A model generated the notes under the pieces. It was not told where the DNA came from. It worked only from the letters and a program-made list of their open reading frames with translations, and ran no database searches. From positions 1 to 62,668 of the IMG/VR virus record IMGVR_UViG_3300036940_000176: DNA of 62,668 nt; one strand, given 5' to 3'. Below, one piece after another: positions 9,070 to 17,577 of this stretch. Both the position numbers and the translations under genes were made by a program. The DNA comes from a virus. How positions within the stretch are numbered: position 1 is the stretch's first letter; every line of letters starts with the position of its first letter.

Positions 9070-9098
9070 ATTATATGACATTTATATAACTTTTGCAA
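9070..9098 (-). promoter_or_regulatory. Near-consensus promoter of the ncRNA unit
   Basis: Minus strand reads TTGCAA (9098-9093), a 17-nt spacer, then TATAAT (9075-9070). Starts 6 nt after the groEL stop. Confidence 0.65.
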
Positions 9099-9103
9099 TA
9101 ATT

Positions 9104-10813
9104 TTATTGTTTATTTTGTGAATTTAATATTGAACCATTTGTTCTAATTGTCATTATTGTGTTTGTCACCGCATGTTTTAGCGCATAAACGATTGAATTA
9201 GTTGCGTCTATAATACCCCTATCAATTAAATCAACAACTTCCCAATTTGAAACGTCAATTCCGTATTGATAACTTTGATATTCATCAAAATTATTAAAAA
9301 ATTCAAATGGTGTTTCTATGCCTGCATTTTCACAAATTTGCATAAATGGTTTAATTAAAACTTCCAACAAAACTTTTTTACCATATAAAAATGATTTATT
9401 AATTTTTTCTATATCTTCTAAGTTTTCTATTTCATCATCTAAATTCAAATTTTCTTTAAAGTAATAATATGCGGATTTAAGAGTGTTTCCACCGCCAGGT
9501 ATAATTCCACCTTCTTGTGCTGTTCTAACGGTTCTTAGGGCGTCATCTGTTTTTTCCATCAAATCTTGATATTCAATTTCTGTTGCTCCAAAAATTCTCA
9601 ACACAGCAACTCCGCCACTTAATTTAGAAATCCTTTTTCTAATTTCATCTTCTTTCATTTTTGATTTTGTAATATCTTTATTTCCCAATAATTCTTTCAA
9701 TAATTCAATTCTATCTTCTACTGATTTTCTGACTTTTTCATTGTTTAAACCTTTTAATATTGTCGCTTCAATTCTAACGGCAACTTCATCTAAATGTCCT
9801 AACAGTTTTTCAAAATTATCAATACCGTTTTTAACCAAAGGTTCAGTCAAAGTCATCGTCCCTAATGTAACACTCTCTATATCGCCTAAAATTTGCTCGC
9901 TGTCGGTATTTGTACCACCAGGTGATAATATAGCCTGGAAATCACCAATAAACTCAAAATACTTATCACTGCGCTTTGTAGATGCCATTAAATCAAGAAC
10001 ACTTTCAGAATATTCTTTAGCAATTATCAATAAAGAAATTTTCTCTTTATTCTCTTTATAGTGTTTTTTCGCTATCGTATGAAAACTATTTAAAATCGAA
10101 CTTGCATCTTGAGCGTGTATTAATTTATCTTTTAATATTAATACTTTAACATTTTTCATTTCAGAAAATTGTTTTTTTATGTCTTCTTTTTTTAATAATT
10201 GTGGAGATAACAAGCCATATTCTAAGACCATACCTTTAATAATTTCTAAATAACTTTCATTTTTATAACTGCGCATTCTTTGAATAATTCCGTGTTCTCC
10301 GATTGCATCAATTGCATCAACGATTAATCGTGAAAGATGTTCTTCTCTTGAAGCGATGTAACTAGCATTAAACAATTCTTCATTTGTTTCAACTGGTTTT
10401 GAAATTGAAAATAAGTAATCAATAACCTCTTTTACCATTTCTTTTAATCCGTTAGCAAAAGAAATTGGATTTAATTCGTGCATTTCAATTAAATTATAAC
10501 TTTTATCAACTAAATTAGTCATTAAATTACATGTTAAACTTGTACTATCACCAGCCATTCTTGCTGTTCTATCCATTGCGCTAATAACAAGTCTTGCTCC
10601 AATATTTTCTTTGTTGTCTTCTAGTTCGATTTGTCTAGCAATATTGATACCATCATTAATAATCAATGGTGAACCATCCATCATTTCAATCATTGCATAT
10701 CTTCCTAAAGCACCCATTGTTGGTGAAACTAAACTATCAACCTTTTTCATTCCTGAAATAAGATGTTCTAATGTTTCTTTTTTGTTCTGAACTATCATTT
10801 TATCTCTTTTCAT
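9104..10813 (-). CDS. groL: GroEL-family (Cpn60) chaperonin, divergent phage homologue (569 aa)
   Basis: Alignable blocks: IINDGINIARQIELEDNKENIGARLV vs GroEL [26 protein letters not shown], and GGVAVLRIFGATEIE...DDALRTVRTAQEGGIIPGGG vs GGVAVIKVGAATEVE...[26 protein letters not shown] is changed to GDSTSL. No GGM tail. Confidence 0.85.
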   Translation of the reverse strand: MKRDKMIVQNKKETLEHLISGMKKVDSLVSPTMGALGRYAMIEMMDGSPLIINDGINIARQIELEDNKENIGARLVISAMDRTARMAGDSTSLTCNLMTNLVDKSYNLIEMHELNPISFANGLKEMVKEVIDYLFSISKPVETNEELFNASYIASREEHLSRLIVDAIDAIGEHGIIQRMRSYKNESYLEIIKGMVLEYGLLSPQLLKKEDIKKQFSEMKNVKVLILKDKLIHAQDASSILNSFHTIAKKHYKENKEKISLLIIAKEYSESVLDLMASTKRSDKYFEFIGDFQAILSPGGTNTDSEQILGDIESVTLGTMTLTEPLVKNGIDNFEKLLGHLDEVAVRIEATILKGLNNEKVRKSVEDRIELLKELLGNKDITKSKMKEDEIRKRISKLSGGVAVLRIFGATEIEYQDLMEKTDDALRTVRTAQEGGIIPGGGNTLKSAYYYFKENLNLDDEIENLEDIEKINKSFLYGKKVLLEVLIKPFMQICENAGIETPFEFFNNFDEYQSYQYGIDVSNWEVVDLIDRGIIDATNSIVYALKHAVTNTIMTIRTNGSILNSQNKQ

Positions 10814-10817
10814 GTAA

Positions 10818-11087
10818 TTACTCCTTTACTTTTGCTCCGACATGATTATAATTTATTAAAATCAATTTATCTTCTTCAGAAGGTATTTCGTTACCTAAAT
10901 ATTCAGTTATTGCATACTTATTAAAAAGTTCCATATATTCAGGCACTCTACTACCTTTACTAATTAATACACCAATTTTTATTTTTGCATATTTTTCGTT
11001 AGCATTTGCTACACCTATTTCATTGTACGCTCTTTCTTCTTTTGGTATTTTTATTAAAACATTTTCACCAAGTGCTTCATACTTCAT
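10818..11087 (-). CDS. groS: GroES-like (Cpn10) co-chaperonin candidate (89 aa)
   Basis: Size, position directly upstream of groEL, and N-terminal ALGENVLIKIPKEE resembling GroES PLxDRVLIK. Confidence 0.6.
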   Translation of the reverse strand: MKYEALGENVLIKIPKEERAYNEIGVANANEKYAKIKIGVLISKGSRVPEYMELFNKYAITEYLGNEIPSEEDKLILINYNHVGAKVKE

Positions 11088-11347
11088 TAAATCACCTCAA
11101 TCCCATCTGAAGGGAAACACCAAAATGTTCCACCATATTCTTCTTCTCCTTCATTTTCAAAAACATCAACATCGTAAAATACTTTTCCAAACGAACTAAT
11201 TTGAAATGGGTTCTTATCATATTGTTCAACATCAATGGTGTGTCTTAAATCTTTTTTTTCGCATAACTTATCGATTGCGCTTCCAACTTTATCCGTTTTA
11301 AAAATTTCTTTATTATCCAGCACACTTACAAATATCAATAAATACAT
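11087..11347 (-). CDS. Hypothetical protein (86 aa)
   Basis: Track ORF, coupled to the groES start (ATGA-type overlap). Confidence 0.55.
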   Translation of the reverse strand: MYLLIFVSVLDNKEIFKTDKVGSAIDKLCEKKDLRHTIDVEQYDKNPFQISSFGKVFYDVDVFENEGEEEYGGTFWCFPSDGIEVI

Positions 11348-11369
11348 ATTGTTTTTCCTCCTTTATTTA

Positions 11370-11801
11370 TTATTCCTTTGGCATTTGGTAAACTGATGTT
11401 TCCTTGTATTTATATTCACCTAATTGTCCTTGTATACCGTTAAAATATTCATACCTAATTGTATCGTTTTCTTGTGAGGCTTTCTCTATTTCATCTAATA
11501 CTTCTAATGCACGTTCTTTTGATTTGTATGTGCCAAGAGTATAGTTATTTAATTCTAAAATTGTTTTTTTGTTTGCATTTCTCGTTATATTTGAAATTTT
11601 ATTGTCTATTTCATTTAAATAATCTTTTTTAGGTCTTATTAACTCAAAACTATTAGTGTTGATTATTTCTTGCCTTTCCAATTCTAATTTAGTTATTTTA
11701 TCCAATACTTCTTTATTGCTACAATCATCTAAAACAATAACTTCTATTACATTATTATACGGCACTAAAGCCATTCTATCTTGTGTTCTTATACTCAACA
11801 T
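11370..11801 (-). CDS. Hypothetical protein (143 aa)
   Basis: Track ORF with SD. Confidence 0.55.
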   Translation of the reverse strand: MLSIRTQDRMALVPYNNVIEVIVLDDCSNKEVLDKITKLELERQEIINTNSFELIRPKKDYLNEIDNKISNITRNANKKTILELNNYTLGTYKSKERALEVLDEIEKASQENDTIRYEYFNGIQGQLGEYKYKETSVYQMPKE

Positions 11802-11805
11802 TTAA

Positions 11806-12009
11806 TCACTCCTTATATTCTTTTATAACCCAATGATACTTATCCCAATCAGTAATTATTTTTTCAGCATAATATTTATTATCTAAATTTATTTTTTCAT
11901 TACTAAAATCACCATTTATAATAATTTGTTGCTGTTGACATTCTAAACAGTATTTAAACTCATTTGTCAAAATCAATCTCTTACCACATTTTTTACAATA
12001 ATCACTCAT
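11806..12009 (-). CDS. Zinc-ribbon protein (67 aa; CKKCG...CLEC)
   Basis: Track ORF. Contains two CxxC pairs. Confidence 0.55.
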   Translation of the reverse strand: MSDYCKKCGKRLILTNEFKYCLECQQQQIIINGDFSNEKINLDNKYYAEKIITDWDKYHWVIKEYKE

Positions 12010-12013
12010 CTAA

Positions 12014-12136
12014 TCACTCCTTATTTTTTTCTTCACAACCATTAGGGCAACGTGTTTCAAACATTGGTGGATAATAACTTATGTAATACACTTCTAATTG
12101 TGTTCCACAATATTTACATTTTTCTTTACATTCCAT
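12014..12136 (-). CDS. Cys-rich mini-protein (40 aa, MECKEKCKYCG...CPNGC). Not in the ORF track.
   Basis: ATG 12136 preceded by GGAGTGATTAG. Stop TGA lies inside the next SD. Confidence 0.5.
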   Translation of the reverse strand: MECKEKCKYCGTQLEVYYISYYPPMFETRCPNGCEEKNKE

Positions 12137-12316
12137 CTAATCACTCCATAACTCAAATTTTTTTAACATATCATCTAATTGTTTTTCAGTAACACCATAC
12201 ATTCTTTCGCCATACATATCTTCATATGCGTAAATTGATTTTCTTTTGTGTTTACCAATAATTGTTATGCAATAATCTTCGTGACACCAAGTTTGTCCTT
12301 TTTTATATTTTTTCAT
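12137..12316 (-). CDS. Hypothetical protein (59 aa). Not in the ORF track.
   Basis: ATG 12316 preceded by AAGGAGTGATTAA. Ends exactly at the next gene start. Confidence 0.5.
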   Translation of the reverse strand: MKKYKKGQTWCHEDYCITIIGKHKRKSIYAYEDMYGERMYGVTEKQLDDMLKKFELWSD

Positions 12317-12320
12317 TTAA

Positions 12321-12497
12321 TCACTCCTTAATTTCAATATGTTCAACTGATAAACTTTCACATAAACAATCTTGTGAACAAAATATATTATCTTCATCAC
12401 AGTCAAAATATTTTACAAGTAAATAGTTATCTAAAACTTTATAATATTCGTTTTCAATGTAGCAACCACAATTCGCACATTTTAAGTTTTTATTCAT
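12321..12497 (-). CDS. FCS/TRASH-like zinc-finger mini-protein (58 aa, CANCG...FCSQDC). Not in the ORF track.
   Basis: ATG 12497 preceded by AAGGAGTGATTAA. Confidence 0.5.
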   Translation of the reverse strand: MNKNLKCANCGCYIENEYYKVLDNYLLVKYFDCDEDNIFCSQDCLCESLSVEHIEIKE

Positions 12498-12501
12498 TTA
12501 A

Positions 12502-13017
12502 TCACTCCTTAACACAAATCCAAGTACGGCTTTGTGGTGGTTTTGTAAGTGGCACATCACACATAGCAATGTTTGATTTTTTGTAACTAACAAACTCTGT
12601 AACATCTTTTGGTTCAATTGCTTGTACTTGGTCGAGTTCTAATGCGTATTTTTGTGACCAGTTATAACCTTGTGCAATAGCAGTTACGCTTGATATACCT
12701 AAACTACTTCTTACATCACGAACATGTTGACAATGTTCAATATTTATTGTACGCTTCACAACTGTCTTTACTACTACTTTTCCATTAAGTTTTTTCTCAC
12801 CAACAAAATCAAAACCACCTAAATTATAGTTTTCTTTATAATTATTTATAATTAAATTAGGCTTTGCTTTAGTACAATAAAAATAAATAACCGTTCCTAC
12901 TGGCACTTTCCAATTTCTAAACTCAAATTTCTTTGTTCCATCTAAAATCATTTTCAACCATTTAGGTTTAATTGCTACCATTAATGCTTTCTCATATTTA
13001 TTCATTTTGTGCCTCAT
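12502..13017 (-). CDS. ASCH (PUA-like) domain protein
   Basis: N-terminal IKPKWLKMILDGTKKFEFRNW matches the ASCH signature. Start is ATG 13017 or ATG 13005. Confidence 0.5.
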   Translation of the reverse strand: MRHKMNKYEKALMVAIKPKWLKMILDGTKKFEFRNWKVPVGTVIYFYCTKAKPNLIINNYKENYNLGGFDFVGEKKLNGKVVVKTVVKRTINIEHCQHVRDVRSSLGISSVTAIAQGYNWSQKYALELDQVQAIEPKDVTEFVSYKKSNIAMCDVPLTKPPQSRTWICVKE

Positions 13018-13250
13018 TATTCCCAATTAACTTGAATTGCAAATTTATTATTTCCTAAAAATGTTATACCAACAAAATTACATTCTTCATCATCAATTTC
13101 AACTGTTGTATCTTTGCTAAACGAAATAGACAAATCACTTTCAAATACATACACATCAGATGTTACAAATGCACCACCGTATACTTCGCCATCAATTATA
13201 ATTGAAACATTACGTTCTAATTCTAATTTAATTTTATTTTCGTTATTCAT
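13017..13250 (-). CDS. Hypothetical protein (77 aa)
   Basis: Track ORF with SD AAGGAGA. Confidence 0.55.
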   Translation of the reverse strand: MNNENKIKLELERNVSIIIDGEVYGGAFVTSDVYVFESDLSISFSKDTTVEIDDEECNFVGITFLGNNKFAIQVNWE

Positions 13251-13322
13251 TTTATAATCTCCTTATAATTTTTTATTATGTCATATTTTGACATATGCAA
13301 ATATTTTTGAGTTGTCGTTAAT

Positions 13323-13910
13323 TTAGTATGTCCTAACAAATTCTTCTTTCTCAAAATCCCACTCATATTTATGTGTTTTAATATCCACTAAAGGCATTTT
13401 AATTTGTGAGTTATGATATTCTCTTAACTTATGCAATTCATCAAAATATTTTTTAACACTTGGGTGTTCATCATCTAAAGTTCTATTACAATCTAATGGT
13501 GGATATTTTTCCCAAACATCATCACTATTAATAAATTCAACAATATAGTTATATGTATATCCAACAAGTTTCCCATCTTTATCCAAACTTCTAAACAAAC
13601 TAGGCATTCTTTTGTTTTGTTGAGTTAGAAAACCATCGCCATAATCATCAATACAATTATCCCATTCATCTTCTTCACCTGTAATTGGTGTTAAAGGTTT
13701 TCCATCAACCAATTTATCAAATATATGTTTTGTTAAATTTGCACTCATTCCTGAATGCTCTTGTTCACAAAATGTCTTAAACAATTCTAAAGCACTATCA
13801 TAAACACTTTCAATATAATCGTTCATAACATCTTCTTTATTATTATCAAGTTCAACTAATTTTGCTTTTTCTCCTTCAAATTTAAAATGGTAAATCATCT
13901 TCATTAACAT
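13323..13910 (-). CDS. Hypothetical protein (about 190 aa, start uncertain among three ATGs)
   Basis: Track ORF overlapping the ssb 3' end. Confidence 0.5.
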   Translation of the reverse strand: MLMKMIYHFKFEGEKAKLVELDNNKEDVMNDYIESVYDSALELFKTFCEQEHSGMSANLTKHIFDKLVDGKPLTPITGEEDEWDNCIDDYGDGFLTQQNKRMPSLFRSLDKDGKLVGYTYNYIVEFINSDDVWEKYPPLDCNRTLDDEHPSVKKYFDELHKLREYHNSQIKMPLVDIKTHKYEWDFEKEEFVRTY

Positions 13911-14325
13911 TGACTTCGTTTTCTTTTATTTTTTCTTCCGCTTCTTTTTTATCCATTTTAGAACGCACTTCATTATTTTTTGGTTTTAAATCTTTTTCTA
14001 AATCTTCATCATTAATTGCTTTTGGAAATAAATGAATTTTATTTATTGCTAAATGATTTAAAATCATTTTAGTACCATTAAATTCAGCGTTTTCACTTCT
14101 CAATTCACCTTTAAAACCAATCAAATCACCTTTCTTAACAAACTTTTTAATTGTATTAATTCTTTTACCACTAATCTTACAATTAATAAAATCAGAGTGA
14201 TATTTTCCATTTGTTTTGTAACTTCTTCTAACACCTAATAACAAATTACAAACCTCTCCACCATCTTCATACGTATGGAATTTTATGTTTGTAACATAAC
14301 CTACTTCTGTAACTGAATTAATCAT
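13882..14325 (-). CDS. ssb: Single-stranded DNA-binding protein
   Basis: OB-fold pattern (VTEVGYVTN...LLLGVRR...KGDLIGFKGELRS) and canonical acidic tail EDDLPF. Confidence 0.8.
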   Translation of the reverse strand: MINSVTEVGYVTNIKFHTYEDGGEVCNLLLGVRRSYKTNGKYHSDFINCKISGKRINTIKKFVKKGDLIGFKGELRSENAEFNGTKMILNHLAINKIHLFPKAINDEDLEKDLKPKNNEVRSKMDKKEAEEKIKENEVNVNEDDLPF

Positions 14326-14579
14326 TTGATTTTCTCCTTTGCAAAACGTTTTTCTTGTCTTTTTACCTTGAAATCAAGTTGGTCATAAACTTCATCTTCG
14401 TTATCATAAACGACCATTAATTGAAATATCATAATAAGATTATCTGCCATTTCAGTAGAAACGTGTGATTTAATATTTTCATCTATTGCGTCAATTAATT
14501 CCTGTGCTTCTTCTTGTGCTTTTTCACGGACAACTTGCATGCCGTTAATTTGCGCTAATTTTTTAATTCTATCTAACAT
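14322..14579 (-). CDS. Small MazG-like all-alpha NTP pyrophosphohydrolase candidate
   Basis: EExxE...E..D spacing (AQEEAQELIDA...EMADNLIMIF) in an 85-aa helical protein. Confidence 0.4.
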   Translation of the reverse strand: MLDRIKKLAQINGMQVVREKAQEEAQELIDAIDENIKSHVSTEMADNLIMIFQLMVVYDNEDEVYDQLDFKVKRQEKRFAKEKIK

Positions 14580-14800
14580 TGTTCGTTACTCCTTTCAGTA
14601 TACTTTATTTCATAACCTTTAACTTTTCCGTAACTTCGCAACACTTTATACAAATACTTTTCATTACATCCTATAAAATCGCTCGCTTCTTTAATATTGC
14701 TTGCAACGTGGCAAATTAATCCGTTTTTGTATATTGCTAAATCATAATCACTTGGGCTAAATATAGGCTTTCTCTTCTGCATTTTTAATTTATTAATCAT
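14573..14800 (-). CDS. Hypothetical small DNA-binding-like protein (75 aa)
   Basis: Track ORF. The segment IKEASDFIGCNEKYLYKVLR looks HTH-like. Confidence 0.4.
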   Translation of the reverse strand: MINKLKMQKRKPIFSPSDYDLAIYKNGLICHVASNIKEASDFIGCNEKYLYKVLRSYGKVKGYEIKYTERSNEQC

Positions 14801-15494
14801 CCCATTCTATCTTCTTGTCTAAATTTTCTTTGTTGTTTTTTAAATCATCGCTAATTGACTTCACTATAGTTCCTTCAAAATCGCTAATAGGAAATTTCAT
14901 TTGATTATCCAAGTTTAAATCTTCAGCACCGATTTTAAATTCATCGATAGCGGATTGCATTTTAATTTTTTTTATGTGCATATAATGTTTTGCTTCACCG
15001 ATTGTTTCCACCATATAATAACCATTAACATCACCAATTATTTTTCTTTTAAATGTCGCTCCATTTTTTAATGTATATCCACGATTATTTATTTTTCTAA
15101 CAATTCCTCTAGTTTTTCTTTCACTAATGTTAAATTGCCTAGAAAGTTCTTCCATTGAAATCGCATTTGCTTTTCCTACATGATTATATTTCATTCTATT
15201 ATAAATTTCATAAACAATGGTAGGGCATTGTTTTATTGCGTGCGTTTTTTTAAAGTTAGAAAAGTCATACAACAGCGTTATATAAGTCCCTCTATTGTCT
15301 GATTTGCGTGCGATTTTTCCTTCGCTTTCCAGTTTTTCAATTGCTCTTCTGACCATAAACTTATCACAATCATATCCCCTTTTGTTTAAAACGTTAGAAA
15401 TCTTTTGAAATGACGCTCTAATTTCATTTGTCACCGTTTCTTTTAATAAATCAAATACAAGTGCTTTGAAACCATACCCTTCTAATTTATTCAT
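14793..15494 (-). CDS. Winged-helix/HTH DNA-binding protein (233 aa), possible regulator or initiator accessory
   Basis: Two wHTH-like segments (FMVRRAIEKLESEGKI; ISMEELSRQFNISERKTRGIVRKIN). Confidence 0.4.
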   Translation of the reverse strand: MNKLEGYGFKALVFDLLKETVTNEIRASFQKISNVLNKRGYDCDKFMVRRAIEKLESEGKIARKSDNRGTYITLLYDFSNFKKTHAIKQCPTIVYEIYNRMKYNHVGKANAISMEELSRQFNISERKTRGIVRKINNRGYTLKNGATFKRKIIGDVNGYYMVETIGEAKHYMHIKKIKMQSAIDEFKIGAEDLNLDNQMKFPISDFEGTIVKSISDDLKNNKENLDKKIEWDD

Positions 15495-15508
15495 GTTTCC
15501 TCCCTTTT

Positions 15509-15817
15509 CTAATAATTCTTTTTGAAATATGAATGACTTTTAACAACAAATTCTTTTGGCTCTAACTTGTCATTTGTATTAAATATTTTTTTATAGTATT
15601 TATTTTCGTGATTTAATTTAATAAAATTAACAACTTGAGCCGTGTTTCTCCATCTTTCTTTTTCCCCACCGCCACAAGACATAATTCCTATAACGTTTTT
15701 TGGGTTTTTATTTAAAGACATAAACATGTTTTTTAATGTATAAAATAATACTGACGTTCGTTTTACTTTCATTTCATCTTCTAAAAATGTTTCTACTTTT
15801 AATTCTTCTCCAGTCAT
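15509..15817 (-). CDS. Hypothetical protein (102 aa)
   Basis: Track ORF. Confidence 0.5.
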   Translation of the reverse strand: MTGEELKVETFLEDEMKVKRTSVLFYTLKNMFMSLNKNPKNVIGIMSCGGGEKERWRNTAQVVNFIKLNHENKYYKKIFNTNDKLEPKEFVVKSHSYFKKNY

Positions 15818-15830
15818 TTTCTTCTCCTTT

Positions 15831-16607
15831 TTAAAATGGTATTTCTTTTTTATTTATTGTGTAAGTTGTAACATTATGTGGTGGTAATTGTTTGGTATTC
15901 TTCGTTGTTGCGTTCTCAATCTTTTTATAAAAATTACTATGCCCATTTTTAACGCTTACATGACACAATGTAATCTGTTTGCACATCGATAATTTAAAAG
16001 TATCTAAAATTTTAATAGTTTTTTGAACACTTAAATGGCCAGTGTCTAACATCATATTTCGCATCATATGAGTTTTTAAATAATCGTTTTCATCAAAATT
16101 CGCTTCATCAAAATCGTTTTCATCAAAATTCGCTTCAATTAAAATGTATGTCGGTTTAATATTTTTAACACTAAATTTTAATTGACCAGTATCTGTTATA
16201 TAAAACATATATTCTCCTATTTTGTTTTTCAAAACAAAGTTAAGAGGTTCTCTTGCATCGTGTTTAACTTCAAATGGAACAATTTTAAAATCATTAGTTT
16301 TGAACATTTTCCCACTTTTAATAACAAAAATATCTTCTTGTTTTTTGGTATGTTCTAAAGTTCCATCAGAAGCGTATATTTTCATATATTCTTTTAAGTA
16401 ATTAATGCCACGCATATGGTCATTATGTTCGTGTGTTATAATCAAACTTTTTATTTGTATTAATGAAACATTTGCTTCAAACAATTTTTTCATAAGTTTC
16501 TTTTTCGACAGGCCACAATCTAGCATAATATAAGATTGACCATCATCTTGTGAAATCAAATGGCAATTCCCATGACTTCCACTACTTAAACTAATGTGTT
16601 TAAACAT
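15831..16607 (-). CDS. Metallo-beta-lactamase-fold hydrolase/nuclease (258 aa)
   Basis: HxHxDH motif (ITHEHNDHMRG). ATG 16607 follows GGAGG. Internal 24-nt tandem duplication (16085-16132) encodes ANFDENDF/ANFDENDY. Confidence 0.7.
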   Translation of the reverse strand: MFKHISLSSGSHGNCHLISQDDGQSYIMLDCGLSKKKLMKKLFEANVSLIQIKSLIITHEHNDHMRGINYLKEYMKIYASDGTLEHTKKQEDIFVIKSGKMFKTNDFKIVPFEVKHDAREPLNFVLKNKIGEYMFYITDTGQLKFSVKNIKPTYILIEANFDENDFDEANFDENDYLKTHMMRNMMLDTGHLSVQKTIKILDTFKLSMCKQITLCHVSVKNGHSNFYKKIENATTKNTKQLPPHNVTTYTINKKEIPF

Positions 16608-16629
16608 ATTTACCTCCAAAACAAATTAA

Positions 16630-16652
16630 AAGGGGTTGGGTGTCAACCCCTT
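16630..16652 (-). terminator. GC-rich hairpin between recT and the MBL gene (terminator/attenuator candidate)
   Basis: AAGGGGTTG-ggtgt-CAACCCCTT 9-bp stem, followed on the minus strand by TTTTAATTT. Confidence 0.5.
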
Positions 16653-16662
16653 TATTTAACTT

Positions 16663-17577
16663 TTAAAAATCACCAAATTCATCATCAGGTTCATCGAAGA
16701 AACTTGTTTGTCCTTCTTCAATTTCCCCAGTTTCTCTATTGTGTTTTGGCAAACTATTTGCTTTTTCTCCGTCTTCTTCTTTTTCTTCAAAATCTTTTTC
16801 ACCTAATTCTACATCTTGCGGAACAACATTACTTTTTTCAAAATCATAGTGTTTATTTTCATTCTCTCTTGCGACATCTAATAATTCACTATCAATATTA
16901 GAAGTTTCAGCAAACCATTTTGTAAGACGGTTATATACACTTCTACGAGCAAATTCTTCTTCAAACTTATCTTTGTTTTGCGCTGATTTAAAAGTCGCTT
17001 GAGACCAAGCATCTTTAATTTGAGCCATCGTCATAATTTCAGCACGAACAAATTTGTCATCTTTAATAGTCTTAGCAACTGCGTAAGCACCGACAATTTT
17101 TTTGCTATTAATATTGGTATAAGATTGTTTATGACTAATGTTTTGGTAAACACCATCAATGATTTCATAAGTAAAATCATCGTCTTCGTAAATTGGTTGT
17201 GCCGACATTTTAATACCTAAAGCACGATTTACAGTATACATTTTACCAGTGTATTTTTGGAACCACGTCATTTTATTTCCATAAACAATAAAATAACCAT
17301 GTTTATCAGGGTATTGACCCAATGTAACCATATCAAGCAACGCTTCTGCTTTACTTTCTTTCGATGCTTTGTCAAAATCTTTTGCGTTTTGCATTGCAAT
17401 ATATCCTTTGGCAAGTGCGTTCCCTACCGCATAATCGTTAGGAATAACAAATCTTCCCATTTCACTCTTTTGCATCAAAGAATTTAATACTTTGTCACCA
17501 ATGTTTCTAGGCACTACCAAATCATTTTTCTCAGCAATTTTTGCCAACTCTTGTTTTGTCAATTCTTTTTCTTTCAT
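16663..17577 (-). CDS. recT: RecT-family single-strand annealing recombinase
   Basis: Family-typical blocks (ALLDMVTLGQYPDKHGYFIVYGNKMTWFQKYTGKMYTVNRA; GAYAVAK...MTMAQIKDAW; FARRSVYNRLTKW) and an acidic C-tail. Confidence 0.8.
   Translation of the reverse strand: MKEKELTKQELAKIAEKNDLVVPRNIGDKVLNSLMQKSEMGRFVIPNDYAVGNALAKGYIAMQNAKDFDKASKESKAEALLDMVTLGQYPDKHGYFIVYGNKMTWFQKYTGKMYTVNRALGIKMSAQPIYEDDDFTYEIIDGVYQNISHKQSYTNINSKKIVGAYAVAKTIKDDKFVRAEIMTMAQIKDAWSQATFKSAQNKDKFEEEFARRSVYNRLTKWFAETSNIDSELLDVARENENKHYDFEKSNVVPQDVELGEKDFEEKEEDGEKANSLPKHNRETGEIEEGQTSFFDEPDDEFGDF

Noticed and set aside
8640-9100. tRNA, tmRNA or self-cleaving ribozyme in the GC-rich islands (also 34900-35430)
   Set aside because: I could not fold a cloverleaf with a 7-nt anticodon loop or a GTTCRA T-loop with a matching stem. 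There is no tag-peptide frame ending in a stop followed by a tRNA-like 3' end. No CUGAUGA...GAAA hammerhead core was seen.
12374-12586. Plus-strand 70-aa ORF in the track
   Set aside because: The opposite strand carries tightly coupled mini-ORFs with canonical SDs and the ASCH gene. The plus ORF has no SD.
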